Source of the DNA: an uncultured Gemmatimonadales bacterium
Lineage (GTDB): Bacteria; Gemmatimonadota; Gemmatimonadetes; Gemmatimonadales; Gemmatimonadaceae
DNA: 64,000 nt
Direction of reading: 5' to 3'
Assembly: GCA_963850905.1 (NCBI GenBank)
Contig: CAWKMU010000003.1
Span: forward strand, 416,001-480,000
Shown here: positions 18,379 to 28,930 of the stretch, piece after piece
How the letters are laid out: each line of letters begins with the position of its first letter
Position numbering within the stretch: position 1 is the first letter of the stretch
Made by a program: the position numbers and the translations under genes
Notes under the pieces: generated by a model
Databases searched by the model: none
What the model was told of the DNA's origin: nothing
Seen by the model: the letters and a program-made list of their open reading frames with translations, nothing else

Positions 18379-20237
18379 TGGTCCGTTGACTTCGACGCCG
18401 CTTTGCCCCGTCCCGCCGCGCGCTTCTTTGGCGTCGATTCGCTCGCCGCCGGCGCCGCGCGTTTGGTCCGCGCTCGCCCTCGCTTCGCCGCCGCCGCACG
18501 CCGCGCCGGCGGCGGAGCGCTTGCCGCCACTGCCGGCTCAGTCACGGCGGTTCCATGCGCCGCGGCACCAGGTGTCGGCGTCCGCGACTCCGCATGAGGG
18601 ACGAGCTCGACTGGGTGGTCCAGCGCGTGCCCAGCCTCCTGCGACGGTTCCGACGCGCCTGCCGGCGAGCCGGGCCGCACATCGACGATCCCGACCGAGA
18701 GCAACTCTGCCGGTGGCGCAGCCAGGCGCGCGTGCAACCCGCCACGTCGTACTCCCCGGACACCGAGTCCGCGCGGCGGCGCAGGGCCGGACGCGCCGGC
18801 AGCAGAAGCCGCCGGCCGAGTGTTCGCGGCAGCGGCAGCGTTGAGCTGTTGCGCCACCGGCGCAGCAGCTGCGGCTGGTACGACCTCGTAGTCGTCGCCA
18901 CGACGGCGCAGGTCGATCACGTCCGCATCGTGCGCATCGCGCAGAATTCGCGCGAAGTTCCGCTCGCTCAAGCTCTCGCTGTCGCGTCCGAGGATCTCGA
19001 ACGCCCTGCCGCGAATATCGGACGCGCGTACCGCGTCCTCGCCGTGTTGCAGCGCCGCCACGGCGCGCCGCACGAGGTCGAACGCTTCATCCCGCGTCAG
19101 TCGCTCGCCTGAAACACCGACCGCCGCAGCGGCCTCCTGCTCTCCCTGCTCGACGGGGCTCGTCGCCGGTACGGTCGGAACAGCCGCCACAGCCGGCACC
19201 GCCGCCGCCTCGGCCGGCACGTCAGCGGCCGGACCCGAGTCGCGTGCGGCCCTTGGCTCACGACCACGCCCACGCCCACCCCTCCGACCGCGCCGGCCAC
19301 GCTCTTCATGTGCCTTGGCCTCGCGGTCGGCTGGTGCGGACGCACGCTCTTCGGGCGCACTCGGCGTTGCGGGGGCTGCTGGCGCGCTCTCAGCCGCGCC
19401 CGGTCCCGCGCGAACAGGTCCGACTTCGAGTTGCCCGTTGTCCATCTTCGAGAGCGAGATCAGCCCGCGTTGTGCCGCTTCCTGCACGAAGCGTGAGAAC
19501 TTGGACATCCCGAGGTTCTTCTCGTCGAACGTGCTATCGATGTCCTGCATGACCTGCTTCAACCGATCGGCACGCATAACATCGCCGTTCCGCACCATGC
19601 GCGCGATCGCCTCGCTCACCAGCTCCCACGGGTCGCGCCGTCCTCCAGCGCCCGCTTCATCCTCCCCACCCGCACGCACGAGCCCGGCAAGCGCGTTGTA
19701 GCTGTAGTACTCGTCGCAGTTCATGACCAACAAGTCGCTGGACGACTCGCGAATGCCGACGCCGATCACGTACTTCCCGTACTCCTTGAGCTTGATCACA
19801 AGCGTCGAGAAATCGGAGTCGCCCGAGAGCAGGATGTACGTCCCGATCTCCGGTCGCGTGAACACCAGCTCCAATGCATCGATCGCCAGCCGGATATCGG
19901 TCGCGTTCTTCTTCGATGACCCGTACGCCGGCGCCATGATCATGTCGATCGAGGACTCGGCGAGTGGCGCGACGTACTGCGGGTAGCGGCGCCAGTCGGC
20001 GTAGGCACGCCGCAGCTGAACCTTCCCTTTGATGATGTCCGACGCCAGCAGCGTCCTCAGCTCCGTCTGCAGATCGGAGCGAATCCCCATCGTGACGTTG
20101 TCAAAATCGATGAGGAGCGCTGCGTTGGGCGCGAAGGTGAGTGGGGTCGGGACCGGGATGGGCGGCTGAGCGGACGGTGGACGGTGGACCGCTGGGGCGG
20201 CGCGCGAGGGCGTGTGGCGGGGGGAACGTGAGTTCAT
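18375..20237 (-). CDS. NYN (LabA/DUF88) domain protein with OST-HTH/LOTUS-like domains
   Basis: LIDFDN, KNATDIRLAIDA, LSGDSDF, CDEY; FDEKNLGMSKFSRFV; basic low-complexity tail. Confidence 0.85.
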   Translation of the reverse strand: MNSRSPRHTPSRAAPAVHRPPSAQPPIPVPTPLTFAPNAALLIDFDNVTMGIRSDLQTELRTLLASDIIKGKVQLRRAYADWRRYPQYVAPLAESSIDMIMAPAYGSSKKNATDIRLAIDALELVFTRPEIGTYILLSGDSDFSTLVIKLKEYGKYVIGVGIRESSSDLLVMNCDEYYSYNALAGLVRAGGEDEAGAGGRRDPWELVSEAIARMVRNGDVMRADRLKQVMQDIDSTFDEKNLGMSKFSRFVQEAAQRGLISLSKMDNGQLEVGPVRAGPGAAESAPAAPATPSAPEERASAPADREAKAHEERGRRGRRGGRGRGREPRAARDSGPAADVPAEAAAVPAVAAVPTVPATSPVEQGEQEAAAAVGVSGERLTRDEAFDLVRRAVAALQHGEDAVRASDIRGRAFEILGRDSESLSERNFARILRDAHDADVIDLRRRGDDYEVVPAAAAAPVAQQLNAAAAANTRPAASAAGASGPAPPRGLGVRGVRRGGLHARLAAPPAELLSVGIVDVRPGSPAGASEPSQEAGHALDHPVELVPHAESRTPTPGAAAHGTAVTEPAVAASAPPPARRAAAAKRGRARTKRAAPAASESTPKKRAAGRGKAASKSTDQ

Positions 20238-20419
20238 GTGTCGCTAGGGATTCGGAGCGCGCGCTGCGCCAAACCTACACCCGGCGGGGGCACGCAAAAC
20301 CGGTGCACCCAGGAACAAGCGCGGCCTCCTCAGTATACCCGGAAATGTACGCGGGGGCTGGGACGGGGGTAAGGGACAGCAACCTACTAGGTGGCACAGT
20401 CGGGCAGTATACTGGACCC

Positions 20420-21796
20420 ATGGCACCACCGCGGTTTCGTACGCGCTTGTTCCTCACGCTGTCGCTGTTTGCGGTACTCCCAGCGGCCATTCTGACGCTG
20501 CTCTGGGCTGCAACATTGAGTACCGCGCTGCCGTTGCTGAGCGGCAGCGATGCGTGGGATCGCGTGGCCGCGAGCGGAGAGCGGGCGTTCGCCAGCGCGC
20601 GCTCGGAGGCGCTGACACCCGCGACGCGCACCGCGCTGGCTGCGCATGAGCAGGAGCTGGCGGCGTCGGTGACGCAAGCACGACGGTACCGGTATCTGGC
20701 GGTGCGCGCGGTGCCGATCGTCCTCGTGGTCGCCGCCGGCGCGCTCCTCCTGCTCGCGATCATCGCGTCGCGCGTGGCAGGACACCTCGCGAGGCAACTC
20801 AGCCGCCCGCTCGATGAGCTCGTGGGATGGACGGATCGCATCGCGCACGCGTTGCCTCTGCCGGTGACACCGCCACGGAGGGGCGCACCCGAGTTCGAAG
20901 TGCTGCGCCGCCGGATGCGCGCGATGGCCACGGATCTGGATGCCGGCCGCGCACGGGACCTGGAAGCCGAGCGGCTCCGCGCCTTCCGCGAAACCGCCCG
21001 CCAGGTGGCACATGAGTTGAAGAACCCGCTGACGCCCATCCGTCTCGCGGTCGGCCGCCTGCAGCGCGAGGCTCCCCCGATGCTACGTGATACGGTCGAC
21101 GTCTTGGCGACCGAGTCCGCTCGTTTGGAGGAGATGGCGCGGAGCTTTTCACAGTTCGGCAGGCTGCCAGAGGGACCGGCAGCGGACATCGACGTCGGTG
21201 AGATGGCCCGGTACACCACGCGAGCAGCCGTGCCCTCTCACATACCGGTCTCGGTCGAGGTCGATCCGGGAGTGCCACTCGTTCGCGGTCACTACGACAC
21301 GCTGGCGCGCGCGCTCACCAACGTGCTCCTCAACGCCTGCGACGCCTGTGCGCAGGGTGGGACCATCGAGGTCCACGTCACCGGAGCGACCTTGAACGCG
21401 GCAGGCACCACCGACGCCGTTCGGATCCTCGTCCGGGACGGAGGGACCGGCATCCCGGCAGACCGCGTGGCGCACGTGTGGGAGCCCTATGTGACGAACA
21501 AGCCGGGCGGCACGGGCCTGGGCTTGGCGATTACCCGCCAGGCCGTTGAGGCGCACGCGGGCCGCGTCGAGCTGACAAGTGTCGTGGGTCAAGGCACCGA
21601 CGTGTCGTTCACCCTGCCGGCCGCCCCCGCCGCGTCTGCCACGGCCAACGGAGCGGCACTCGCCGACCCGTCGCGCTCGGGCGTTGCGGCGTCGCCGGCC
21701 GAACCGTCGTCAGCGGTGACGTCCGAGCGCTCTCCACGTGATCCACAGCCCCGCCCAGGAACCGCCGGACGCCGCGTTGGCGGAGCAATGTCGTAA
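20420..21796 (+). CDS. HAMP-domain sensor histidine kinase (NtrY-like)
   Basis: Two TM helices, ARQVAHELKNPLTPI H box, NVLLNA, DGGTGI, GGTGLGL. Confidence 0.92.
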   Translation: MAPPRFRTRLFLTLSLFAVLPAAILTLLWAATLSTALPLLSGSDAWDRVAASGERAFASARSEALTPATRTALAAHEQELAASVTQARRYRYLAVRAVPIVLVVAAGALLLLAIIASRVAGHLARQLSRPLDELVGWTDRIAHALPLPVTPPRRGAPEFEVLRRRMRAMATDLDAGRARDLEAERLRAFRETARQVAHELKNPLTPIRLAVGRLQREAPPMLRDTVDVLATESARLEEMARSFSQFGRLPEGPAADIDVGEMARYTTRAAVPSHIPVSVEVDPGVPLVRGHYDTLARALTNVLLNACDACAQGGTIEVHVTGATLNAAGTTDAVRILVRDGGTGIPADRVAHVWEPYVTNKPGGTGLGLAITRQAVEAHAGRVELTSVVGQGTDVSFTLPAAPAASATANGAALADPSRSGVAASPAEPSSAVTSERSPRDPQPRPGTAGRRVGGAMS

Positions 21797-24700
21797 TGGC
21801 ATCCGTCCTGATCGTCGACGATGAGCAGAACATTCGCCGCATGCTCGGCGCGTTGCTCATCGCCGAAGGGCACGAAGTGCGCGACGCACCTACCGGAGTG
21901 GCCGCGGTCGCCGCCGCAAAGGACGCCGCGCCAGATGTCGTGCTGCTCGATCTCATGATGCCAGGGCCGCTCGACGGCTTGGGGACGCTGGCCCAGCTCC
22001 GCGAGAACGACTCCGATCTCCCCGTCATCATGATGAGTGGGCGGGCCGGGTTGAGTGACGCGGTGCGTGCGACCAAGCTCGGAGCGTTCAACTTTCTCGA
22101 GAAACCGCTGTCGCCCGAATCGGTGCTGCTGGCCATCTCCGCCGCATTCGACCTCCGACAGGCACGGGCCGCGGCCAAAACGCTGCGTGTGGAGCTCGGA
22201 CTCGACGGCCCACTCGTCGGCGCAAGCGCCCCAATGCGACGAGTCGCCGAGCTGATGGCGCGCGTCGCACCCAGCGACTCCGGAGTGCTGATCACCGGCG
22301 AGTCGGGGACCGGCAAGGAGCTCGTCGCCGCCGCGATTCATGCCGGGAGCCGGCGACGGGACCGCCCCTTCGTTCGGGTCAATTGCGCCGCCATTCCGCG
22401 TGACCTCGTCGAAAGCGAGATGTTCGGACACGAGCGAGGTGCCTTTACCGGCGCGACCGACCGCCGCATCGGCCGGTTCGAGTTGGCGCACACCGGCACG
22501 CTCTTTCTCGACGAGGTCGGCGACCTGGGAGCGGAAGCGCAGGCCAAGTTGTTGCGCGCCATCGATGCGAAGGAAATCGAGCGTGTCGGAGGAACGCGCA
22601 CCATCCGTACGGACTTGCGGATCGTTGCGGCGACCAACAAGGACCTGCCCAGAGCGGTCGCCGAGGGCGGCTTTCGGGAAGATCTATATTTCCGCATAGC
22701 GGTTATCCCCATCGCCCTACCGCCCCTGCGTGACCGGTCGACCGATATCCCAGCACTCGTTCAACACTTCACCACGCTCCACCGAGCCCGCACGGGACGC
22801 GCCGTTCGCGGATGGAGTGACGACGCACTGCGTGTGCTCACGACGTATCGCTGGCCCGGCAACGTTCGCGAGCTCGCAAACATCGTCGAGCGCATCACGA
22901 TCCTGCACGCCAACGACCTCGTGACCGAGGACGACGTGCTCGCTGTGCTGCCCCTCGAGAACAGTACGGAGCCTGCGTGGTGGCGAGGCGATGTCGCATC
23001 GGCAACGGCGTGGCCGCGGGAGGCCGACGCGCGCCCGCGTCAGACCGCGCACGATGGCGCACACGGGCACGCGGCGACCCTGCCGACCGACACGGCGCGC
23101 GATGGAACCCGCCTCACGGCCCCGACCTCGGCGGACCCTCAGATCCCACTCGCCGACGCGCTCGACGCCTACGAGCGCCAGTTGATCGCGGAGGCGCTGA
23201 CGGACACGCAGGGCAATGTCACCGAGGCCGCTCGGCGCCTGCAGACTGATCGGCCCAATCTCTACCGCCGCATGCGGCGACTCGGCATCGCGCTCGGTGT
23301 GGTCCTCGCGTGCGCGCTCGCCATTACGGGAGCACTCGGCCTCACACCTGGGCGCGCCGCCGCCCAACGCCCGGACACCGCGGCCAGTAGTCAAAGTACG
23401 CCGCAGGTCCAGGAGGTGCCATCGTCAGCCGCCGCGTCTGGGGACTCGAGTGCGACATCAAACAACAGCGACACCACCGCGCTGGGCCACGCCGACACGG
23501 CGAGTCGCGCGGACAGTACGCCGCCGAGCGGCGATGCGTGGTGGCGTCGATGGCTGCTCCCGTCACATCCACCGAACTACGTCTCGTTCTCGCTCACCTC
23601 TGCCCACACCTACAACCGCGTCGAGGGCTTCCCGATCTATGCCGGCCCGACCGGGCGGCGAGTCTTTCCCTGGGGAAGCGTGTCGGGCGAGGCATACGGG
23701 ATCCTGCGCATTTCCGACAAGCTGCGCTGGGACGATGACCATATTGGAAGCGCTCTACACGGCCAGGTCACGGTCAACGCAGGGCCCGACCGCTCGTTCG
23801 CGGTCGGCGCACGCGTCTACGACGAGATCGACCCGGTCGAGTCCTGGCAGCTCTCGGACGCCGAAGTCGGCCTCGCCACCCTCTTTCTGCACCGCGACTA
23901 CGAAGACTACTTCGGCCGGCACGGGGCCATGGGGTACGTGGCGTTCAACCTCAACGCGAGTACCTCCTTCTCGCTCTCGTACTCCGACGAGCGCTGGGCC
24001 TCGCGCCCCGACCGCGACCCGTTCTCGGTGTTTCGCAACACCGCGGAGTGGCGCTTCAATCCAAACGTCGACGACGGACTGTTCCGCATCGCCGGCGCTC
24101 ATTTCGGGTTCGATACCCGCAACGACGAGACCGACCCGTGGGCCGGGTGGTACGTCTCCGCCGACCTCGAAGAAGGAGCCGGCGTGGTGACGAGCTTCGG
24201 CCCACGCACGGATGGAACAACCCCCATCGCGCCGGCCGGCGGAGCGAATGTCTTTTATACCCGCGGCTTCCTCGATGCACGGCGCTATAATCGGGTCGGC
24301 CCGACCGAGCAGCTCAACCTGCGACTCGTCCTCGCGGGCTGGCTCGCCGGCGATCAGTTGCCGCTGGAGCAACGCTTCTCGATGGGCGGCGCAGGCACGC
24401 TCCCCGGTTTTGATTTCCGGAATCCGGGCGCGGGCGCGGATGTGGCGACGTGCTCTGCCGGATCCCTGGTGCCGCCCGGTGCGCCCGCCCAATGCGAGCG
24501 CATCGCGCTTGCGCAGGTGGAATTCCGGCACGACCTGCGGGTCGGCCTCGCGGATCTCGTGCGCGGTGTGCCGCTCGACGGTGCGTGGATTCTCTTCGCC
24601 GACGCCGGTCGGGGGTGGCTCGTTGGTACGCCCGATGGATCAGTGACCTACCATGCGTCCACGCTGCCCCCGCTGGCCACCTTCCGGACCGACGCCGGTG

Positions 24701-24810
24701 TGGGCCTGGCGCTCGGGCCGTTCGGTTTCTACGTCGCGCAACCGATCTCGCCGTGGACCGGGGGCGCCGGCGGCCCGCGCTTCGTCATCCGCCTACAGCA
24801 ACGGTTCTGA
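21796..24810 (+). CDS. Sigma54-dependent response regulator (REC-AAA+-HTH) fused in frame to a signal peptide and Omp85/BamA-like barrel
   Basis: IVDDE/LLDLMMP, GESGTGKE, GAFTGA, WPGNVREL, HTH; then hydrophobic helix + AAA|Q, YNRVEG, FSMGGAGTLPGF, terminal QQRF. Confidence 0.85.
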   Translation: MASVLIVDDEQNIRRMLGALLIAEGHEVRDAPTGVAAVAAAKDAAPDVVLLDLMMPGPLDGLGTLAQLRENDSDLPVIMMSGRAGLSDAVRATKLGAFNFLEKPLSPESVLLAISAAFDLRQARAAAKTLRVELGLDGPLVGASAPMRRVAELMARVAPSDSGVLITGESGTGKELVAAAIHAGSRRRDRPFVRVNCAAIPRDLVESEMFGHERGAFTGATDRRIGRFELAHTGTLFLDEVGDLGAEAQAKLLRAIDAKEIERVGGTRTIRTDLRIVAATNKDLPRAVAEGGFREDLYFRIAVIPIALPPLRDRSTDIPALVQHFTTLHRARTGRAVRGWSDDALRVLTTYRWPGNVRELANIVERITILHANDLVTEDDVLAVLPLENSTEPAWWRGDVASATAWPREADARPRQTAHDGAHGHAATLPTDTARDGTRLTAPTSADPQIPLADALDAYERQLIAEALTDTQGNVTEAARRLQTDRPNLYRRMRRLGIALGVVLACALAITGALGLTPGRAAAQRPDTAASSQSTPQVQEVPSSAAASGDSSATSNNSDTTALGHADTASRADSTPPSGDAWWRRWLLPSHPPNYVSFSLTSAHTYNRVEGFPIYAGPTGRRVFPWGSVSGEAYGILRISDKLRWDDDHIGSALHGQVTVNAGPDRSFAVGARVYDEIDPVESWQLSDAEVGLATLFLHRDYEDYFGRHGAMGYVAFNLNASTSFSLSYSDERWASRPDRDPFSVFRNTAEWRFNPNVDDGLFRIAGAHFGFDTRNDETDPWAGWYVSADLEEGAGVVTSFGPRTDGTTPIAPAGGANVFYTRGFLDARRYNRVGPTEQLNLRLVLAGWLAGDQLPLEQRFSMGGAGTLPGFDFRNPGAGADVATCSAGSLVPPGAPAQCERIALAQVEFRHDLRVGLADLVRGVPLDGAWILFADAGRGWLVGTPDGSVTYHASTLPPLATFRTDAGVGLALGPFGFYVAQPISPWTGGAGGPRFVIRLQQRF

Positions 24811-24812
24811 CG

Positions 24813-25514
24813 ATGCGCGCCAGGTTGATCACCGCCACCATGCTAGCCCTGCTCGCGGCAGCCACGCCAGCGCACGGCCAGCATCCGCGCGTGGCCCTCG
24901 ATCTGCCCCCCACAGCAGATACGTTGGCCCCTGGAGCCGGAACCACGGGAGAGGCCGGGAGCTTCGGCCCCACCGGCCCCATCGTCATCGGCCCGACCGT
25001 GCGAGCAATCGACGTGCTGTCGGACGGCCAGACGCGCGACTTGCTGCGCAACGGCTTCCCCGCCCGACTCCACTATCGCTTGGAATTGTGGCGTCAAAAT
25101 GGAGTCTTCAGCGCCATCGACAATACCAAGGAATGGGATGTCATCGTACGATTCGATCCGCTGACCAAGCGATTCCGTGCGGCGCGAGTGACCGGCGACA
25201 CGGCCACGGTCTTCGGCGATTTCCCGCAGTTCCCGGCGCTCGCCTCGGCGATGGCCGCGCCCTTCGTCGTCCCGCTCGTACCGAAGCGCCGCGGCGGCCG
25301 GTATTTCTACAACGTGGTCCTCGATGTGGAGATGCTGTCCCTCAGTGATCTCGATGAAGTCGAACACTGGCTGCGCGGCGAGTTGCGGCCCGCCGTCCAG
25401 GGCAAACGGAACCCCGCCGGCGTCGTCGGCCGCGGACTCCGCACGCTCTTCGTCCGCCTCCTCGGCGCCGAGCGCCGTCACTATGAGGTGCGATCGAAGG
25501 AGTTCAAAGGGTAG
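24813..25514 (+). CDS. Secreted protein, DUF4390-like
   Basis: Signal peptide AHG|Q; LLRNGFPARLHYRLELWR...VRFDPLTKRF pattern; stop codon lies in a REP. Confidence 0.6.
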   Translation: MRARLITATMLALLAAATPAHGQHPRVALDLPPTADTLAPGAGTTGEAGSFGPTGPIVIGPTVRAIDVLSDGQTRDLLRNGFPARLHYRLELWRQNGVFSAIDNTKEWDVIVRFDPLTKRFRAARVTGDTATVFGDFPQFPALASAMAAPFVVPLVPKRRGGRYFYNVVLDVEMLSLSDLDEVEHWLRGELRPAVQGKRNPAGVVGRGLRTLFVRLLGAERRHYEVRSKEFKG

Positions 25515-25535
25515 GGGCGACGCCATGCGTCGCCC
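25511..25535 (+). repeat. GTAG-type REP
   Basis: GTAGGGGCGACGCCATGCGTCGCCC. Confidence 0.85.
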
Positions 25536-25637
25536 GGCGTGCGGGGATTCGACACCTGATTCGGCGGCGATCGGAACGCCGACCTGCCGACACCATGCCT
25601 TGATCTACCAGCGGCGACGACACGCGACGACGAAAAA

Positions 25638-25778
25638 GGGCGGCCTAAAGGCCGCCCCTACATGTCGGATCGACGGTGACACTCCCAGCGAGCCGTACCG
25701 ACGATTGCAATTACGGGTCGATGAATCTGGTTCTTATGCTGCCCGCAGCGACATGTAGGGGCGGGCTTCAGCCCGCCC
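25638..25778. repeat. 141-bp REP doublet (REPIN-like), copy 1
   Basis: Inverted REPs at 25638-25661(-) and 25755-25778(+) with 93-nt spacer; homologous to 33234-33374. Confidence 0.85.
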
Positions 25779-25831
25779 ACCTTGCCGAATCGTCGCTGTT
25801 GTGGTTCCAGACCCCTGACCCCCGTTAAGCC

Positions 25832-26420
25832 TCACCCCACCGCCCGAATCACCTTCCGCTGTTCCAGTTCCTCCAACTGGTGCAACGTCTCCGCCCCGTA
25901 GAACAACTTGATGTACCGCGCTTGGGTGGGCGTGAGACGGCGCACCGCCCAGCTCAGATGCACGAAGTGCGGCTCCACGGGCAGCGTGAGCGGATGCATG
26001 CCGATCTCCTCGGGGAGGCGATTGGCCTTCCGCGTGTTGCAGGGCGCGCACGCGGTCACGACGTTGCTCCAGTCGTTCGTGCCGCCCCGGGAGAGCGGAA
26101 TCGAGATGATCGCGCGTCAAGCCCTCGCGCGGCTTCAAGTCAGCCGCGGAGCGCCCGCAGTACTGGCAGCGATAGCGATCGCGCGCGAAGAGGAACGTGT
26201 TGGTCACCTGGCGGCGGAACCGGCGGGGCACGTGGATGAACTTCGTGAGGCGGATCACGACCGGGCGCGGCAACGTCAGACGCTCGGACCGCACCACTCG
26301 CTCAGCGTCGCACTCGACGACTTCGGCCTTGCCATCAATCACCAGGCGCAGTGCTCGCCGCATCGGCACCATCGTGAGCGGCTCGAATGACGCGTTGAGC
26401 GCCAGACACCCGGCGATCAC
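25832..26420 (-). CDS. HNH endonuclease (McrA-like; +1 frameshift near 26102)
   Basis: LALNASFEPL, LFARDRYRCQYCG, TRDHL|IPLSRGG, TACAPCNTRK; GGAG before GTG. Confidence 0.85.
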
Positions 26421-26443
26421 ACGCACTCCGGCCGCGCCCGCGG

Positions 26444-27387
26444 TCATCTCGCGGCGACAGCGGGCTCGGGAACCGGCTGTCAGCCACCCGTACGGATCGG
26501 GGTAGCGCCCGCGGGCAATGCCGAGATACCGGTCCTGCACAGCTTTGCTGATCGGGCCCTGGCTTGCCTTCGCCGACCTGAATGTGGTCGACCGACCGGA
26601 CCGGCGTGATCTCCGCGGCCGTGCCGCTGAAGAAAATCTCGTCGGCCATGTACAGGAACTCGCGCGGGATCAGCTGCTCCCGCACGTCGTGCCCCAGATC
26701 CGCGACGAGCCGCATCACCGTGTCGCGTGTGATCCCACCGAGGATGCCGGCCGACATGGGCGGCGTATAGACGACCCCTTCGCGCACGACGAAGATATTC
26801 TCGCCAGTGCCCTCGGAAACGAAGCCGGCCGCATCGAGCATGATCCCCTCGACGTACCCATTGGCTCGTGCCTCCATGAGCGACAACTGGCCATTCAGAT
26901 AGTTCCCGCCGGCCTTCGCCAGGGTCGGGAACGTGTCCGGTGCCGCGCGTCTCCAACTGGACACACAGACATCGACGCCTCTGGCCAACGCATCGTCACC
27001 GAGATACTGGCCCCACTTCCATGCGATGATGAACGTCTCGATCGTCCCTGGCTTGTCCTCGGGAAGCACCCCCATCCGTTCCCCGGTCCGGATCACGACC
27101 GGGCGAAGGTAGCACTCCTCGAGATCATTGGCGGCTACCGTGTCCACGCACGCCTGGATCAACGCGTCGATCGTGTACGGCAGCGGCATGCGATAAATGC
27201 GCGAGGAATCGACGAGACGCCGGACGTGGTCGCGCAGGCGAAAGATCGCCCCGCCCTGTGGAGTCTTGTAGCAGCGGAGACCCTCGAAGACGCTGGACCC
27301 GTAGTGCACGACGTGACTGAGCACGTGGATCGTGGCGTCGGGCCAGTCCACGAAGTGGCCATCCCGCCAAATCTTTTGGGTGCGCAT
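26444..27387 (-). CDS. ilvE: Branched-chain amino acid aminotransferase (two apparent +1 indels near 26557 and 26478)
   Basis: HYGSSVFEG, AKAGGNY, SEGTGENIF, ILGGITR, GTAAEITP; corrected end reads GPISKAVQDRY...WLTPVPEPAVAAR*. Confidence 0.9.
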
Positions 27388-27396
27388 CGTCCAAAG

Positions 27397-28748
27397 TTAA
27401 CGTGCGGGCAAGCGCTGGCGCCACGCCACGAGAGCGGCGGCGGACGCCGCGACACGCGAACGCAAATCGGCCGTGTCGACGCCCTGCAGGCACCCGTCGC
27501 GCACGAGCTCCCGACCTGCGACCGTGACCAGGATGGCGGGCCGGCCGGCCGCAGCGAGCGCTGCGTCCCAGGGATCCTCGGTGGCCAGCAGCCGGTCCGA
27601 CCCGAGTGGAAAGGCCGCCAGGTCAGCCTCTTTGCCCGGTTCCAGCGTACCCACGCGCGCCTCGAGTCCCAGGGCGCGCGCACCCCCGACGGTCGCCAGT
27701 GTCACGGCGTCCGCGCTCGAGAGCGCGGTCGGATCGGTTGAGGCGCGCGCGCTGCTGGAGTAGCGCCTGCCGCCCCTCCGCCAGGATGTCGAGGCGGTCA
27801 TTGCTCGCCAGCGAATCAGACCCGAGGCCTACGATCACACCCGCATCGAGCATCTCGCGCAACGGCGCCATGCCGTGGCCCAGGATCGCGTTGGACGTGG
27901 GGCAATGGGCCACCGGACACCCGTATTCGGCAATGAACGCGATGTCCGTTTCGTCGACCCGTACGCAGTGAATGAGCAACGGCCGCGCCAGCACGACGCC
28001 CAACTCGACGAGCAGGTGTACCGGCGAGTGCGACCGGCGGACCACCGGTAATCCCGCGTGCACGCAAGCCGTCTGCAAACGGGCCGTCCCCTTCGCGCAG
28101 AAACCGCATCTCCGCATCGCTCTCGGCCAGGTGGATCGCGACCGGCATGCCGGCGCCAATGCGCAAACGCGACGGCGTCGATCAGCAAGTCCTCGTGCAC
28201 CGTGTACGGCGCGTGCGGTGATACACCGAGCCGCACGAGGTCGGATCTCCCAGGGACGCAGCGCATCGATCTGGGCGCGCAGCGTCGCGAGCGCGGATTC
28301 GCGCTGCGTCGGGCGAGGGCCCGAAGATTTCCTGGTACATGATGCCTCGCACATGCATCTCGTTGAGCGCCTGGACCACGACGCCCGAGGCCGACGTGTC
28401 CGCGTACGTAGTGATACCCGCCACCAGCCCTTCGACGATCCCCCACCTCGCCCGTCCAGCATCGAGGCGTCGGTCAACACCGCCGACCGCGCCTCGCGTG
28501 AGCGTACGGATCCACGGGACGAACGGCATACCGTCGAGCAGCCCACGCATCGCCGTCAGCTCGAGGTGCGTGTGGGCATTGACGAGACCCGGCATCAACA
28601 CCGCGTCGCCCAGATCGACGTCCTCGCCGGCCGGTGCGTGCTGCGCGCTGCCCGACGTACGCGATTTGCCGGCCCGCGACCTCACCGTGCCGTCGCGCAC
28701 CGGATGGCTCGCAACCGGGAGGACCCAGCGGGCGTGGTAGTTGATCAT
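27397..28748 (-). CDS. Metal-dependent amidohydrolase (MtaD/TRZ-ATZ-like), multiple frameshifts
   Basis: PGLVNAHTHLE, SPHAPYTV, HLAES, HCPTSN, GLGSD, GTLEPGKEADL spread over several frames. Confidence 0.8.
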
Positions 28749-28839
28749 CGACGACGCGTCGCGCCGCTGACTTCCGACATGCCTCGTGCGCGGTCATTGG
28801 CCGGAAGCAGCGGAAACGACGCAATCTGGCCATGGCCCT

Positions 28840-28864
28840 GTAGGGGCGACGCATGGCGTCGCCC
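28840..28864 (+). repeat. GTAG-type REP (degenerate second palindrome near 28888-28908)
   Basis: GTAGGGGCGACGCATGGCGTCGCCC. Confidence 0.8.
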
Positions 28865-28930
28865 TCTTGCGCCGCGCGCACCGGGGTGGGCGATGCCTTG
28901 CGTTGCCCCCCGCCGCGTCGCCGTTCGCAC

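Noticed and set aside
25832..26420. HNH nuclease as a defence system or as the mobiliser of the neighbouring REPs
   Set aside because: Common standalone McrA-like type at the end of a housekeeping operon; GTAG REPs are associated with HUH rather than HNH enzymes; adjacency is the only link
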